Part shown: positions 47,036 through 57,154 of the stretch, piece by piece | How the letters are laid out: each line of letters opens with the position of its first letter | How positions within the stretch are numbered: position 1 is the first letter of the stretch | Translations under genes and position numbers: made by a program | Origin: Ktedonobacteria bacterium | GTDB taxonomy: Bacteria; Chloroflexota; Ktedonobacteria; Ktedonobacterales; JACDGC01 | Reading direction: 5' to 3' | DNA: 64,000 nt | Assembly: GCA_027459525.1 (NCBI GenBank) | Contig: DAIDIC010000185.1 | Coordinates: forward strand, 3,992 to 67,991 | The notes under the pieces: model-generated | The model's database searches: none | Told to the model about the DNA's origin: nothing | Seen by the model: only the letters and a program-made list of their open reading frames with translations

Positions 47036-48484
47036 TTAAGCGTCATTCAGGTTAAAAACAACCATCTTTATTTCGCTCATTTCCTCCATGGCGTATACTA
47101 CCCCTTCGCGGCCCATGCCGCTGCGCTTAACGCCGCCATAGGGCATATTATCTGCGCGGAACCGGCACGTGTCGTTAATCATCACTCCGCCGACGTGTAA
47201 GCGCGCCGCCGCCGCAAACGCTGTCGCTATATCATTGGTGTATATCCCCGCCTGTAAGCCGAACTGGCTGTCGTTCACCATTGCAATAGCGTCATCAATC
47301 GTGTCATACGCCACTATGGAGACAACCGGCGCAAAAATTTCCTCGCACACCACTTTCATATCCGGGGTAACATGTGTTAAGACCGTTGGGGTAACATATG
47401 CGCCGTTTCTGGCGCCGCCACAGGCAATCTTTGCGCCGGCGGCAACCGCTTCGCGAATCCACAATTCCGCGCGAATGGCTTCCTGTTCAGTCAGCATCGG
47501 CCCTACTTCGGTTGCGGAATCGAAAGGATCGCCAATATGAATGGCTTGAACGCGCTGTGTCAGATTCTCTAAAAATGCTTGTTCAACTGATTTTTGCACA
47601 TAGATACGCTGCAATGAAATGCATACTTGTCCGGCAAAGGAATAAGCGGCTTTCGAGGCCGCTAAAGCTGCGGCGCCTAAATTGGCGTCGCTGTGAACGA
47701 TAGTGGCAGAATTTGAGCCGAGTTCCAGCGCCACCCGCCGTAACCCTGCAATTTGGCGAATATGCTCCCCGACCGGCGCGCTGCCTGTAAAACTAATCAT
47801 TTGCACATCGGGATTGCGGATGAGCGCATCGGTTTCGGATCCGCTGACGGCTATTACATTTAACGCTCCGGGCGGCAAACCCGCTTCTAAAAAAATTCTG
47901 CCGATATTCAGCGCTGTTAGCGGTGTGGCGCTGGCTGGCTTCAGCACAACAGTATTGCCGACCGCTAACGCCGGAGCGATTTTATGCGCCACCAGCGCCA
48001 GTGGGAAATTAAAGGGAGTTATTGCGGCAATAACGCCCAGCGGCTCGCGCCGTGTATATCCAAAGCGATTTGCGCCGTTCGATACGGCGTCTACCGGCAC
48101 GATTTCGCCGGTAAACCGCTTAGCTTCTTCTCCGGCGTAGTGAATTAACTCGACTGTGCGAGCTACTTCCCCTAAACTATCCGTAATCGGTTTCCCCGAT
48201 TCCGCAGTGAGATCCCGCGCAATGGCTTCTTTGCGTTCCAGCAGCAGCGCCGCGGAGGCAAAAAGCACTTCCGCGCGCTTAAAGGCCGGTAAGGCCGCCC
48301 AAGCCGGAAAAGCGCGCTGCGCCGCAGTTACTGCCTGCTGAATAATTTCGGCGTTTCCGGCGGCTATTCTTGCGACTCTGCTGCCGTCTCCCGGATATAA
48401 TACATCAAAAGTTGCGCCGGTTACTATATCGCGCCCATCAATAAGCATGGGGACAATTTCTGGTCGTTCAACGATTGCAGTCAT
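47036..48484 (-). CDS. NAD(P)-dependent aldehyde dehydrogenase
   Basis: It has ALDH motifs FTGSAPVG, ELGSNS, the catalytic Cys in AGQVCIS, and EEIFAPV. Confidence 0.85.
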   Translation of the reverse strand: MTAIVERPEIVPMLIDGRDIVTGATFDVLYPGDGSRVARIAAGNAEIIQQAVTAAQRAFPAWAALPAFKRAEVLFASAALLLERKEAIARDLTAESGKPITDSLGEVARTVELIHYAGEEAKRFTGEIVPVDAVSNGANRFGYTRREPLGVIAAITPFNFPLALVAHKIAPALAVGNTVVLKPASATPLTALNIGRIFLEAGLPPGALNVIAVSGSETDALIRNPDVQMISFTGSAPVGEHIRQIAGLRRVALELGSNSATIVHSDANLGAAALAASKAAYSFAGQVCISLQRIYVQKSVEQAFLENLTQRVQAIHIGDPFDSATEVGPMLTEQEAIRAELWIREAVAAGAKIACGGARNGAYVTPTVLTHVTPDMKVVCEEIFAPVVSIVAYDTIDDAIAMVNDSQFGLQAGIYTNDIATAFAAAARLHVGGVMINDTCRFRADNMPYGGVKRSGMGREGVVYAMEEMSEIKMVVFNLNDA

Positions 48485-48550
48485 AGTATTTTACAACACC
48501 TTCTTTGCTAATTTTCAGCTGCCTATAAATCTGAACCTGAAAAAGGAATA

Positions 48551-48634
48551 CGGGGAATGTGGGGACACCCCACACCCTGTCAAAGGGCATGCTGCCCCCT
48601 GCGCCTCCTGCCGTATGCTTCGCTTTCGCTCAGG
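48551..48634 (+). repeat. Degenerate fragment of the MITE-like element
   Basis: TGGGGACACCCCA is followed by a decayed stem (CAAAGGGCATGCTGCCCCCTG) and a GCTTCGCTTTCGCT end. It lies between the ALDH start and the GlpD-like stop. Confidence 0.4.
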
Positions 48635-48648
48635 TATCTAAAAGATTT

Positions 48649-50370
48649 TTATGCGCCGGATGTTTGCCGCGCCGCTGGCTCACTTCTGCGTAATCCGGCT
48701 TCGTGGCGGGCAATATAACGCAAAAAATCATCTGTCTGCGCTTGTTTTACATCTGCGTTCCAGCCATGCATCGCCGCTAGGCGTTCTGCTGTTTGGGTGG
48801 CTGCCGCTGCGCCGTGGTCACGCGCCTCTATGCCAATATGCAGCCGGCGCTCCAGCGTATCGGCAAGTGTCAGCGCCAACTCCGCGTTAGCGGCGTAGTC
48901 TAGCTCTGCGGCGATTACCGGCAAGTCATCATATAGTCTGCGGGCCATATCCGGGCTTTTTTCAATAATTGCCAGAATATCCGGGGCAAAAGCGCCATAC
49001 GTTCTATCCAAATGTGCGGCGATGTCGGCGGCTATATTCATGTGCTGCGCTTTTTCGCGCAAAATGGCCCGCGCGTTTTCCAAACCTTCTCCGCCGGCCA
49101 GCAGAAACTCTGCCGTGCTGCAGGGGCGCTGTTCTCCGGCTTGGTTATCTACTCGGTTCATCACATCTTCCGCCATTTTGCGGTATGTTGTTAACTTGCC
49201 GCCGGAAACGCTGATTAAGCCGGCGGTGTTTTCTACAATGGTGTGGGTTCGCGACAGCCGCGAGGTATTTCGGGCGTGGCGCAGTTGCAAAAGCGGCCGA
49301 TATCCTGCATAGACGCTGATTACGTCATCCATGGTAATGGATGTGTGTATGGAACGGTTGATATGCCGCAGCAAATAATCTACATCATCCTCTGTCGCCA
49401 GCGGTGTGTCTAAATCGCCGCCGCCGGTGTCGGTTGTGCCGATAATGACGCTGGATCGCCACGGGACCATAAAAATAATACGGTTATCTTCCGTTTCGGG
49501 AAGCACAACCGCGTCTTGTCCCACGCCAATCACATCCGGGCGTATCACCAAATGCACCCCTTTGCTCGGCTCAATTTTTAGATGCGGCGCTTCCCCCGTA
49601 AGCTGCTCAACGATTTCAGCGTATACACCGGTGGCGTTTACAATGTGTTTTGCCGGGATAACAATTTCTTTGCTGTTTTCGCCCGGCGCGCACAGCCGCA
49701 CATGCGCCGCGTTCAGTTTGCCGTTAGTGTTTTTGCCGAACCCTATAACCTCGGCGTATGTTGCAACCATTGCGCCTTTATCGGCGGCAGATCGCGCCAC
49801 TGCCAAGGTAAGCCGCGAATCATCCGTTTGGCCATCGGTATATAAAAAGCCCGATTTTAAGTCCTCCGGCTTCAGGCATGGCGCCAAGGCTAGCGTTTCC
49901 TCGCGGCTTATAGCCTTGTGCCGCTTAAAATTATATTTGCCGGCCAAGCTGTCATACATACCCAGTCCAATTCCTAAAATCTCTCGTAGCCCAACGCCTC
50001 CCGGAGGCGCAACCGGCAAGCCGACCGGGCGGCGGGAATATCCATACAGCGGCAGCACAAATGTAAGTGGGCGCACCAAGTGCGGCGCGTTTTTCAGCAT
50101 GCGGCCGCGTTCAATCAGCGCTTCGTGCACCAGCGGCACATCGCCTTGCGGCAAATAGCGAATACCGCCATGCGCCAATTTTGTCGACCAGCTGGAGGTT
50201 CCACTGGCGATATCGTTTTTATCAATTAAACCGGTGGTATATCCTCGCGCCGCTGCGTCTAAGGCGACTCCCGCTCCGGTAATTCCGGCGCCGATAACCA
50301 GCGTATCCACTCCTTCGCGCTGCATGCGTTCCAAATCTTCTAAGCGCTGCTGCGCATGTAAAGTTTTCAT
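48649..50370 (-). CDS. FAD-dependent glycerol-3-phosphate dehydrogenase/oxidase-like flavoprotein
   Basis: It has DTLVIGAGITGAGVALDAAARG (FAD fold) and SGTSSWSTKLAHGGIRYL, typical of GlpD/GlpO, with a long C-terminal helical domain. Confidence 0.75.
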   Translation of the reverse strand: MKTLHAQQRLEDLERMQREGVDTLVIGAGITGAGVALDAAARGYTTGLIDKNDIASGTSSWSTKLAHGGIRYLPQGDVPLVHEALIERGRMLKNAPHLVRPLTFVLPLYGYSRRPVGLPVAPPGGVGLREILGIGLGMYDSLAGKYNFKRHKAISREETLALAPCLKPEDLKSGFLYTDGQTDDSRLTLAVARSAADKGAMVATYAEVIGFGKNTNGKLNAAHVRLCAPGENSKEIVIPAKHIVNATGVYAEIVEQLTGEAPHLKIEPSKGVHLVIRPDVIGVGQDAVVLPETEDNRIIFMVPWRSSVIIGTTDTGGGDLDTPLATEDDVDYLLRHINRSIHTSITMDDVISVYAGYRPLLQLRHARNTSRLSRTHTIVENTAGLISVSGGKLTTYRKMAEDVMNRVDNQAGEQRPCSTAEFLLAGGEGLENARAILREKAQHMNIAADIAAHLDRTYGAFAPDILAIIEKSPDMARRLYDDLPVIAAELDYAANAELALTLADTLERRLHIGIEARDHGAAAATQTAERLAAMHGWNADVKQAQTDDFLRYIARHEAGLRRSEPAARQTSGA

Positions 50371-50505
50371 AATGAATCATCAACTTTCTATTCCCGTAAA
50401 GCGTTTAAGCGCGGCGGCAATTTTGCGCGCATCATAATAACAAAGCGCATAGCCGCCAAAAACGTTTGTTTAAAATCAACAATCTCAGCGTAGGTGTATT
50501 TTTAT

Positions 50506-52917
50506 TTAGGTCTCTATTACTATTGTAGCCTCAGCGGTGTTGCTGAGATCGGCGGAATAGGTATCAGTTTTATCACTATAGATAAAAATCTGCCAAGTTG
50601 TTCCCGGTTTTCCCCGAAATGTTACGGTTTTTTCGGTGTACTCCAACGCAATCATATCTCCGGCGGCGTTTAGTCGCACCTGCTGCCGGCCGGGCGCGCC
50701 GGCGAAAATATGCGCGGTTAAATGGGTATCCAACGCATCGCCCAGCGAGCGTTTTTCGCTTTGCATAGGCAAAATAGCGCCGGCGCGCACAAACACCGGC
50801 AAATAATCTAATGGGCAATCTTGCGTAATATATGCGCCGCCGGCAACCGGCTTATGCGTCCAAAAATCATACCACAGCCCCTGCGGCAGATATATTGTGC
50901 GCGCAACAGAATCGGCGCTGGCGCTGAACACCGGCGCTGCCAGCAGTGAGCTGCCCAGCATGTATACATCATCAATTGCCGCGGTGTTGGGATCGTCGGG
51001 GAATTCATACACCAGCGGGCGGATCATTGGCTCTCCGTGGGTATGCGCCCGCCAAGCGAGACTGTAATAATACGGCGCTAATTGCAGGCGCAGTTTGGCG
51101 TAAGCGCGAAATATCTCTACAGCGCGGCTGCCATATTCCCATGGTTCGCGCGGAGTGGCTCCGTGCGCGCGGGCTAAGGGCGAAAACAGCCCAAATTCTG
51201 CCCAGCGAATGTACACCTCTGGCTGCGGCGGTGTCCCGTAAAATCCGCCGATATCGTGCGACCATATTCCGGGCGCGCTCAGCGCATAGTTTAAGCCGCC
51301 GCGCAGTGTTGCCCGCATCGACCAGATATCTGTTTTGGGATCGCCGGCCCACTGCGCGGGATATCTTTGCGAACCTGCCCAAGCGGAACGTCCCCAAACA
51401 AAGCCATCGCGCCCGGTTTCTTGCGCAATCACTTCGCTGACTGCGCGGTTATACAGCAGCGGATAATAGTTGCGCAATTCGCGGCCCGTCATGCCATTAA
51501 ACGCCACGGCGTTTTCGGGAACGCCTTCGCCAAAATCGGTTTTAAACACCGAAACACCCATCTGTAATAGCGGCCGGTGCATATTTTGCCACCACGCAAC
51601 TGCGGCTGGGTTGGTGAAGTCTACCACAGCGCGAACGAAGCCATCTGCCGGCGGTGCGCTGAAATCGGCGCAGATGACGTTTCCGCCGCTGTCTTTTAAA
51701 AAATAGCCGTTTGCGTCACCTTCAGCGTAGCGCGGTGAAGCAGCCGTTACATATGGCAGCTCCCACAAGCAGATGTGTTTGCCGGTGGCGGCAAATTGCT
51801 GAATCATGCCGGGTAAATCGGGAAACGCCTGTTCATTGACGATAAAGTCACAATTTAATCCGGGCTTTGCCAGCCACGCCGGATCTAAATGCACAACATC
51901 GCAGGGAATATCCAGCTCATCTGCTTTGCGCGCAACCGTTTCTGCTTCTTCGCGGGTTTGGTAGCGGCACCGCGAAAGCCACACACCAAACGCCCACAGC
52001 GGAGGCACAGAAGCGCGGCCGGTAAGCAGTGTATATGCGCTGAGCATGTGTTTTATATTTGGCCCATGGATAATAAACAGGTCGAATCCCTCTTCACCGA
52101 TTATGGCCTCGGCAGATCTTTGGGTGTCTGCGCCGAGATTCCATGTAACGGGAGTTGTGGTGTGGAAAAATAGCGCATATCCCCGCGAAGACAGCAGCAG
52201 GGGAATATTTTTATACGATGCGTTTGTGGTTACTCCCCATGCGTCGGTTGTCCACTGGGTTAGCCTCGCGCCGCGCTGATTGATGGGGGTGAAGCGTTCA
52301 CCCAGCCCATATAGCGCCTCGTCGGGGTCTAGTTCCCACGCAAAGCGGCCGCGTATTGCGCCGTGTTCTGTCGTAAATCCGCTGGGAGCCGCGCACAACA
52401 GGCCATGCACATTGCGATCTTGCAGCGGCGCGCGCACTGCTCCAACATGCAGCGCAAACGGATCTTTTTCAATAGAAAGGCAGGGTTGCGTATTTACCAA
52501 TAGGGTGTACCCGTTGGCGGTTTCCTGAATTGATATGGCAGTTTCTGAGCGGGCGGCGGCGCATTCCGGATCGGTAAGAATGCCAAAATCTCTGGGCTGA
52601 TTGACCCAATCGGGTTGCATGCTCATCCGTAGGCGCACAGTGTCGGCCGAAAGAACATCTATAAAAAAATATACTTTTTGCGTTAACTCCGCAGCGGGAG
52701 GAAAAAGCCCCGCCGGCTCGTTTGGCGTATTGGTGAAGATAGCCTGATCTTTGAACGGCTCACTGCTGATAATAACCGGTCGGCGTTCATCGCCAAGATT
52801 TGCATAGGGAATCAGCAGCGCCTCTATGACCACCGAGGCGGCGGCGGTTTGCGATATAGCCGCAAAGCGGCGGGCGTATAAACCTTGGGAACGCGCGTGT
52901 TCCAAAAACACATTCAT
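50506..52917 (-). CDS. GH31 alpha-glycosidase (YicI alpha-xylosidase/alpha-glucosidase-like)
   Basis: It has the nucleophile region VFKTDFGEGVPE, the acid/base region WAGDPKTDIWSM, and SHDIGGF. Its start ATG overlaps the stop of the upstream transaldolase gene (ATGA at 52914-52917). Confidence 0.85.
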   Translation of the reverse strand: MNVFLEHARSQGLYARRFAAISQTAAASVVIEALLIPYANLGDERRPVIISSEPFKDQAIFTNTPNEPAGLFPPAAELTQKVYFFIDVLSADTVRLRMSMQPDWVNQPRDFGILTDPECAAARSETAISIQETANGYTLLVNTQPCLSIEKDPFALHVGAVRAPLQDRNVHGLLCAAPSGFTTEHGAIRGRFAWELDPDEALYGLGERFTPINQRGARLTQWTTDAWGVTTNASYKNIPLLLSSRGYALFFHTTTPVTWNLGADTQRSAEAIIGEEGFDLFIIHGPNIKHMLSAYTLLTGRASVPPLWAFGVWLSRCRYQTREEAETVARKADELDIPCDVVHLDPAWLAKPGLNCDFIVNEQAFPDLPGMIQQFAATGKHICLWELPYVTAASPRYAEGDANGYFLKDSGGNVICADFSAPPADGFVRAVVDFTNPAAVAWWQNMHRPLLQMGVSVFKTDFGEGVPENAVAFNGMTGRELRNYYPLLYNRAVSEVIAQETGRDGFVWGRSAWAGSQRYPAQWAGDPKTDIWSMRATLRGGLNYALSAPGIWSHDIGGFYGTPPQPEVYIRWAEFGLFSPLARAHGATPREPWEYGSRAVEIFRAYAKLRLQLAPYYYSLAWRAHTHGEPMIRPLVYEFPDDPNTAAIDDVYMLGSSLLAAPVFSASADSVARTIYLPQGLWYDFWTHKPVAGGAYITQDCPLDYLPVFVRAGAILPMQSEKRSLGDALDTHLTAHIFAGAPGRQQVRLNAAGDMIALEYTEKTVTFRGKPGTTWQIFIYSDKTDTYSADLSNTAEATIVIET

Positions 52918-53651
52918 TGCTGCCGGCTCCGTTCATAGTCTGCCATAAAATCCGCTAAACCGCGTTCGGTAAGGGGGTGTCCCACCATTTGCTGCAGCAA
53001 CGGGAACGCCATGGTTGCTATGTGTGCGCCTAAACGCGCGACAGCGGTAACATGTACGGGGTGCCGCAGCGCTGCGGCGATAATTTTACCGCTTTGGTTT
53101 TGCGCTTTTAGTATCTGCGCAATATCGGCTACCAGCAGCAAGCCATCTTCGCCGATGGCGTCTAGCCGCCCAACAAATGGGCTGACATAAGAAGCCCCTG
53201 CGGCCAAAGCAAGTATGGCTTGATTTGCGGAAAATATGAGGGTTGCGTTTACTTCGGGATTTTTTTCCAGCGTATTTGCGTTGAGAAAACGCTCCCGAAT
53301 TGGGCAGCCGGTGAAATGCGCGCAGCCGGAACACGAAGCGGCTGTGCGCTGTTTGGTCAGTTGGGCAATTGCCTGCAATCCGGCGGGAATTGTCGGAATT
53401 TTTACAACCACATTTGGCGACCAATCGGCGTATTCCAATCCCTGCCGAACCATTTCCTCACCGTCTTCTGTAACCACTTCAACGCTTACCGGGGCGTCGG
53501 CAATAAAACATATTTCTTGCATATGCGCTTTTAAATCTCGCACGCCGGCTTTGGCCACGTGTGAAGGATTTGTGGTGACGCCGCGCAGCACGCCCCAAGA
53601 TTTTGCGGCGCGAATTTCATCTAACACTGCGGTATCCAGATATATATCCAT
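52914..53651 (-). CDS. Type 3B transaldolase-family protein with a Cys-containing insertion of about 30 aa
   Basis: It has MDIYLDTA, GVTTNPS, the Schiff-base Lys in VVKIP, and SPFVGRLD. The SVEV Glu and SPF Phe are transaldolase-type rather than FSA-type. The segment KQRTAASCSGCAHFTGCPIRERFLNANTLEKNPEV replaces the usual short loop. Confidence 0.8.
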   Translation of the reverse strand: MDIYLDTAVLDEIRAAKSWGVLRGVTTNPSHVAKAGVRDLKAHMQEICFIADAPVSVEVVTEDGEEMVRQGLEYADWSPNVVVKIPTIPAGLQAIAQLTKQRTAASCSGCAHFTGCPIRERFLNANTLEKNPEVNATLIFSANQAILALAAGASYVSPFVGRLDAIGEDGLLLVADIAQILKAQNQSGKIIAAALRHPVHVTAVARLGAHIATMAFPLLQQMVGHPLTERGLADFMADYERSRQQ

Positions 53652-53680
53652 GTGTGGATATCTCCTTAGAAAAAAATATA

Positions 53681-54580
53681 TCAGCCTTTAACCGCTCCGG
53701 AAGTTAATCCGGAAACAATGCGCCGTTCAAGAAGCAGGATGAGAATAACCAGCGGAACAACCGCCAGTGTAGTCGCCGCGGAAAGAACGCCGAAATTTGT
53801 GGTAAATTCGGTTTGGCTTACTTCTACAATACCCACCGGTAAGGTGTAGGTATTTGCTGTAGTATAATTTAAGGCAAATAAAAATTCATTCCAGTTTGCC
53901 ACAAATACAATAATAAATGTGGTAAAAAATCCGGGCGCCGATAACGGCAGAATAATGCGGTAAAACGCTTTAAATCGCGTTAAGCCGTCTACCATTGCGG
54001 CTTCCTCTAAATCTCCCGGAATATCACGGAAAAAAGCTGTAAGAATCAGCACTGCCAGCGGCAGACCCAGAACAGAATACGGCACAATCAGCGCCCATAG
54101 GGTGTTGATAAGATGCGCCTTATTTAATAGTGAATACAGCGGCAACACTTGGGCCAGCGGCGGGAAAAAGGACAGCGCCAATGTTAACACAAGGGTAAGT
54201 GTTTTCATTCGGAATTTGAGCCGGGCAAAAGCGTAAGACGCTAAAGACGCCAATGTCATAGTAATTGTGGCGGAAACAATAGAAACAATAACACTATTTA
54301 AGTAATAGCGACCCATATCGCTGTTGAAAACGCTGGCGTAGTTGGTAAGATTCAGGCTGGATGGAAAAAGCGCCGCGGGAATAGAAAGTGTTTCTTGCGG
54401 CGTCATAAAAGAGGTAAGCAGCGACCAGATGATGGGGAAAAACTGCGCCAAGCAGATGATGGCGACAAGAATATATAAACCAAAGCGGCCGGCAATAAAT
54501 TGCGCTGAAAAGCGTTTGCGCCAAGGAGCTTTTTGAATGGCGGTAACAGCAGGTAACTGCCGGGTAATTTCATTTGCCAT
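53681..54580 (-). CDS. CUT1 sugar ABC transporter permease (MalG/UgpE-like)
   Basis: It has six TMs and the EAA loop motif LEEAAMVDGLTRFKAFYRIILP. Confidence 0.85.
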   Translation of the reverse strand: MANEITRQLPAVTAIQKAPWRKRFSAQFIAGRFGLYILVAIICLAQFFPIIWSLLTSFMTPQETLSIPAALFPSSLNLTNYASVFNSDMGRYYLNSVIVSIVSATITMTLASLASYAFARLKFRMKTLTLVLTLALSFFPPLAQVLPLYSLLNKAHLINTLWALIVPYSVLGLPLAVLILTAFFRDIPGDLEEAAMVDGLTRFKAFYRIILPLSAPGFFTTFIIVFVANWNEFLFALNYTTANTYTLPVGIVEVSQTEFTTNFGVLSAATTLAVVPLVILILLLERRIVSGLTSGAVKG

Positions 54581-54586
54581 ATTCGC

Positions 54587-55558
54587 TTACCCCTTTCTTT
54601 CTGATGTGTCTGCGCGAAATAGCATGCTCAGGTACACTGCTACAAATACCAGCGTTATCAACATAAGCACGGTGACAATGGCAGAGCCGTAGCCGTAGTC
54701 GCCATATTGTGATATTTGTGTGTAGATATAAAGACCCAAGTTTTGCGTCGCTATTCCGGGGCCGCCATTGGTAAAAGCAATGATTAAGTCGAACGCTTGC
54801 AGTGATTCAATAGTGCGCAGGGTAATGGTTACCAACAAAGTTGGCATGAGAAGCGGCAGCGTTATGCGCGCAAATGTTTGCAGGTGTGTGGCTCCGTCTA
54901 CTCGCGCAGCCTCGTATATTTCGTTGGGAATACCCTGCAAACCTGCCAAAACCAGCAACGCCACCAGCGAATTTGCTTTCCAGATAGCAAGAATAAATAT
55001 CAGCCATGTTGCGGATTGCGCTGTGCCCAGCCAAACCACTGGGTGCGCCGCGCTCATCAAATGGAGATGGATCAGCACACTATTTATCATTCCATATTGA
55101 TCGTTAAACATATATTGCCAAATTACCGAATTGGTAGCGGTGGGAATTACCCAAGGGAAAAGAATTGCCGCGCGCAATACCCAGCGTCCCGGAAATTTTA
55201 AATTGGCCAGCAACGCCAGCGCCGTGCCCAAAATCATTTGGCCGCCGACTGTAATAACGGTATAGAGCAAAGAAAATTTCAGCGACGACCAGAATTGCGG
55301 ATCATTTTTTAATCGCACAAAATTGGTAAAGCCGCCAAAACTCATGTGTATGCCATAGTAGCCGCCTTTTTCAAAGGCATAAATCAATGAAGTAACCGCC
55401 GGATAAACACCCACCAGCAATAAAGCGAGCAACACCGGGGTTAGCATCATCCAGGCAAAACGTTCCTCACTTCGGCCCAGCGGCCCCAGCTTTTGCCTGC
55501 GCGGCAGTTCTTCTGCCTGAGTAATTTCATCGGAAGAAGTAAAGAGAGACGTTTGCAT
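54587..55558 (-). CDS. CUT1 sugar ABC transporter permease (MalF/UgpA-like)
   Basis: It has six TMs and the EAA loop motif IYEAARVDGATHLQTFARITLP. Confidence 0.85.
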   Translation of the reverse strand: MQTSLFTSSDEITQAEELPRRQKLGPLGRSEERFAWMMLTPVLLALLLVGVYPAVTSLIYAFEKGGYYGIHMSFGGFTNFVRLKNDPQFWSSLKFSLLYTVITVGGQMILGTALALLANLKFPGRWVLRAAILFPWVIPTATNSVIWQYMFNDQYGMINSVLIHLHLMSAAHPVVWLGTAQSATWLIFILAIWKANSLVALLVLAGLQGIPNEIYEAARVDGATHLQTFARITLPLLMPTLLVTITLRTIESLQAFDLIIAFTNGGPGIATQNLGLYIYTQISQYGDYGYGSAIVTVLMLITLVFVAVYLSMLFRADTSERKG

Positions 55559-55670
55559 AGGCCGTTCCTTTCAGGATATCAACGCCGCAGTGCGGAACAA
55601 GCGCCTGCGGTAAGCAATCTGCCCACTGCTTCCATAACCGCAGCAGTGAGCAGACGCCCGAAGCAGGAAA

Positions 55671-57065
55671 TTAGGTTAATGAGCCTACTTGTGATTGTAC
55701 ACCGCTTAACGCCGAAGACGCCGATCCCTGCCCGCTGAGCACGCCATTAATGGCGGCCTGCATAGGCGTAGTAAATTGATTATAATTTACCAAGGTCGGC
55801 CGGTTATTGCCGGAGGTAAGAATACTGTTGAGTTGAGAAAGGTATGGCGCCTTTGCAAGCACATTTGGATCGCTTATAACATCGGGTCTGCTGGGAATCA
55901 GCCCAGCGTTCATCGCCATAGATGTTTGCGTTGATTTGCTGAGCATGTAATCAATAAATGTCCAAGCCGCGTCTTTGTTTTTCGAGTTGGCGTTAATGCC
56001 CAGCACCCAGCCGCCGGTGCAGCCATGGCCTTGATTGCCGGTTGTGGCAAGTGTTGGCGCAACCCCTACGTTTCCGGCAACTTTCGATTTGGTTGGATCA
56101 TTAGCCAGCGCGTAGGCATAGGTCCAGTTGCGCATAAACGGAGCTTTTCCTGCTTGGAACAGCGCAAGAATATCGTTTGGCGCATAGGTGTTTGTGCCTT
56201 GCGGCGCTAATTTATAGGTGTAAATAAGATCATACATAAATTGCAGCGCGGCAACTTGTGTGGCTCCGCTTACTTGAAGATTGCCGGGTGTTCCAATATT
56301 GCCGCCGTCACCCCAAGTAAATTCCAGCCATTCATCTACGATGGCTTCAATTTTTTTGCCGGGCATTAAGTAGCCATATTCTATCCCATTGGCCGCTTCA
56401 CCTTTCATAATTGCCTGCGCCATTGTCATCATATCCGAGCGTGTGGCCGGAACGGTTCCGCCGTAATTTTTTACAAGATCTGTGCGATAGTAGAACATAC
56501 CAATATCCATATAGCGTTGAATGCCATATAATTTGCCGTCTACTTTTCCAACCGAAGCGGCGCTTGGCCAAAATTGGCTGAGATAACTGCTGTTTACATA
56601 AGAATCTATTGGGGCAAGCCAGCCAGGCGTAGCAAATGGCGCCGGCCATGTTACGTCTATTTGCACTACATCCGGCGTTGAGTTGCCGCCTTTCAGCGCG
56701 GTGATATATTTGCTGTATTGGTCGGTAGCAACGGGCGGCAGGGTTTGCAGCACGACATTTATTTTGCCGGAGTGCAGTGAATTGAAGGTGTTAATTTCGT
56801 TGGCTTGTTCACCTGTGGTGTCTACCAGCGCCCAAAAGGTAATGGTAACCGGTCCATTGCTGGAAGAAGAAGTTGGCCCGCAGGCGGCAAGCAGTGAACC
56901 AAACGCAGTTGCTCCAATACTTGCGGCTGCTCCTTTGGTAATAAGGGAACGCCGGCTGATTTTTTTGTTTGCCAATTTTTTTAAGGTGTCGCCATCAAAG
57001 ATATTTGTTTCAGACGATTGCGGGAGATTTTTGTTGTCATCATTGACAGTCATATCATATGTCAC
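55671..57065 (-). CDS. Sugar ABC transporter substrate-binding lipoprotein (family 1 SBP) with TAT-type signal
   Basis: It has the signal SRRSLITKGAAASIGATAFGSLLAAC (twin-Arg plus lipobox) and is of family-1 SBP length. It is adjacent to the permeases. Confidence 0.85.
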   Translation of the reverse strand: MTYDMTVNDDNKNLPQSSETNIFDGDTLKKLANKKISRRSLITKGAAASIGATAFGSLLAACGPTSSSSNGPVTITFWALVDTTGEQANEINTFNSLHSGKINVVLQTLPPVATDQYSKYITALKGGNSTPDVVQIDVTWPAPFATPGWLAPIDSYVNSSYLSQFWPSAASVGKVDGKLYGIQRYMDIGMFYYRTDLVKNYGGTVPATRSDMMTMAQAIMKGEAANGIEYGYLMPGKKIEAIVDEWLEFTWGDGGNIGTPGNLQVSGATQVAALQFMYDLIYTYKLAPQGTNTYAPNDILALFQAGKAPFMRNWTYAYALANDPTKSKVAGNVGVAPTLATTGNQGHGCTGGWVLGINANSKNKDAAWTFIDYMLSKSTQTSMAMNAGLIPSRPDVISDPNVLAKAPYLSQLNSILTSGNNRPTLVNYNQFTTPMQAAINGVLSGQGSASSALSGVQSQVGSLT

Positions 57066-57154
57066 CTTTCAGTTGTTCGCGTATCGCGAAGAGTTTTCTG
57101 ATGCCTCAGAATGAGAAGCAACCCAATGAGAAGCCAGCAGCGCTTCAGAACAAG

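Noticed and set aside
50506-52917. The GH31 enzyme as a canonical sulfoquinovosidase (YihQ-type).
   Set aside because: The nucleophile region is KTDFGE (YicI-like). The segment aligning to the YihQ sulfonate-binding QDW..R..W residues (from memory) reads HLDPAWLAKPGLNCDF and lacks the Arg and Trp residues. A proper alignment is needed for confirmation.
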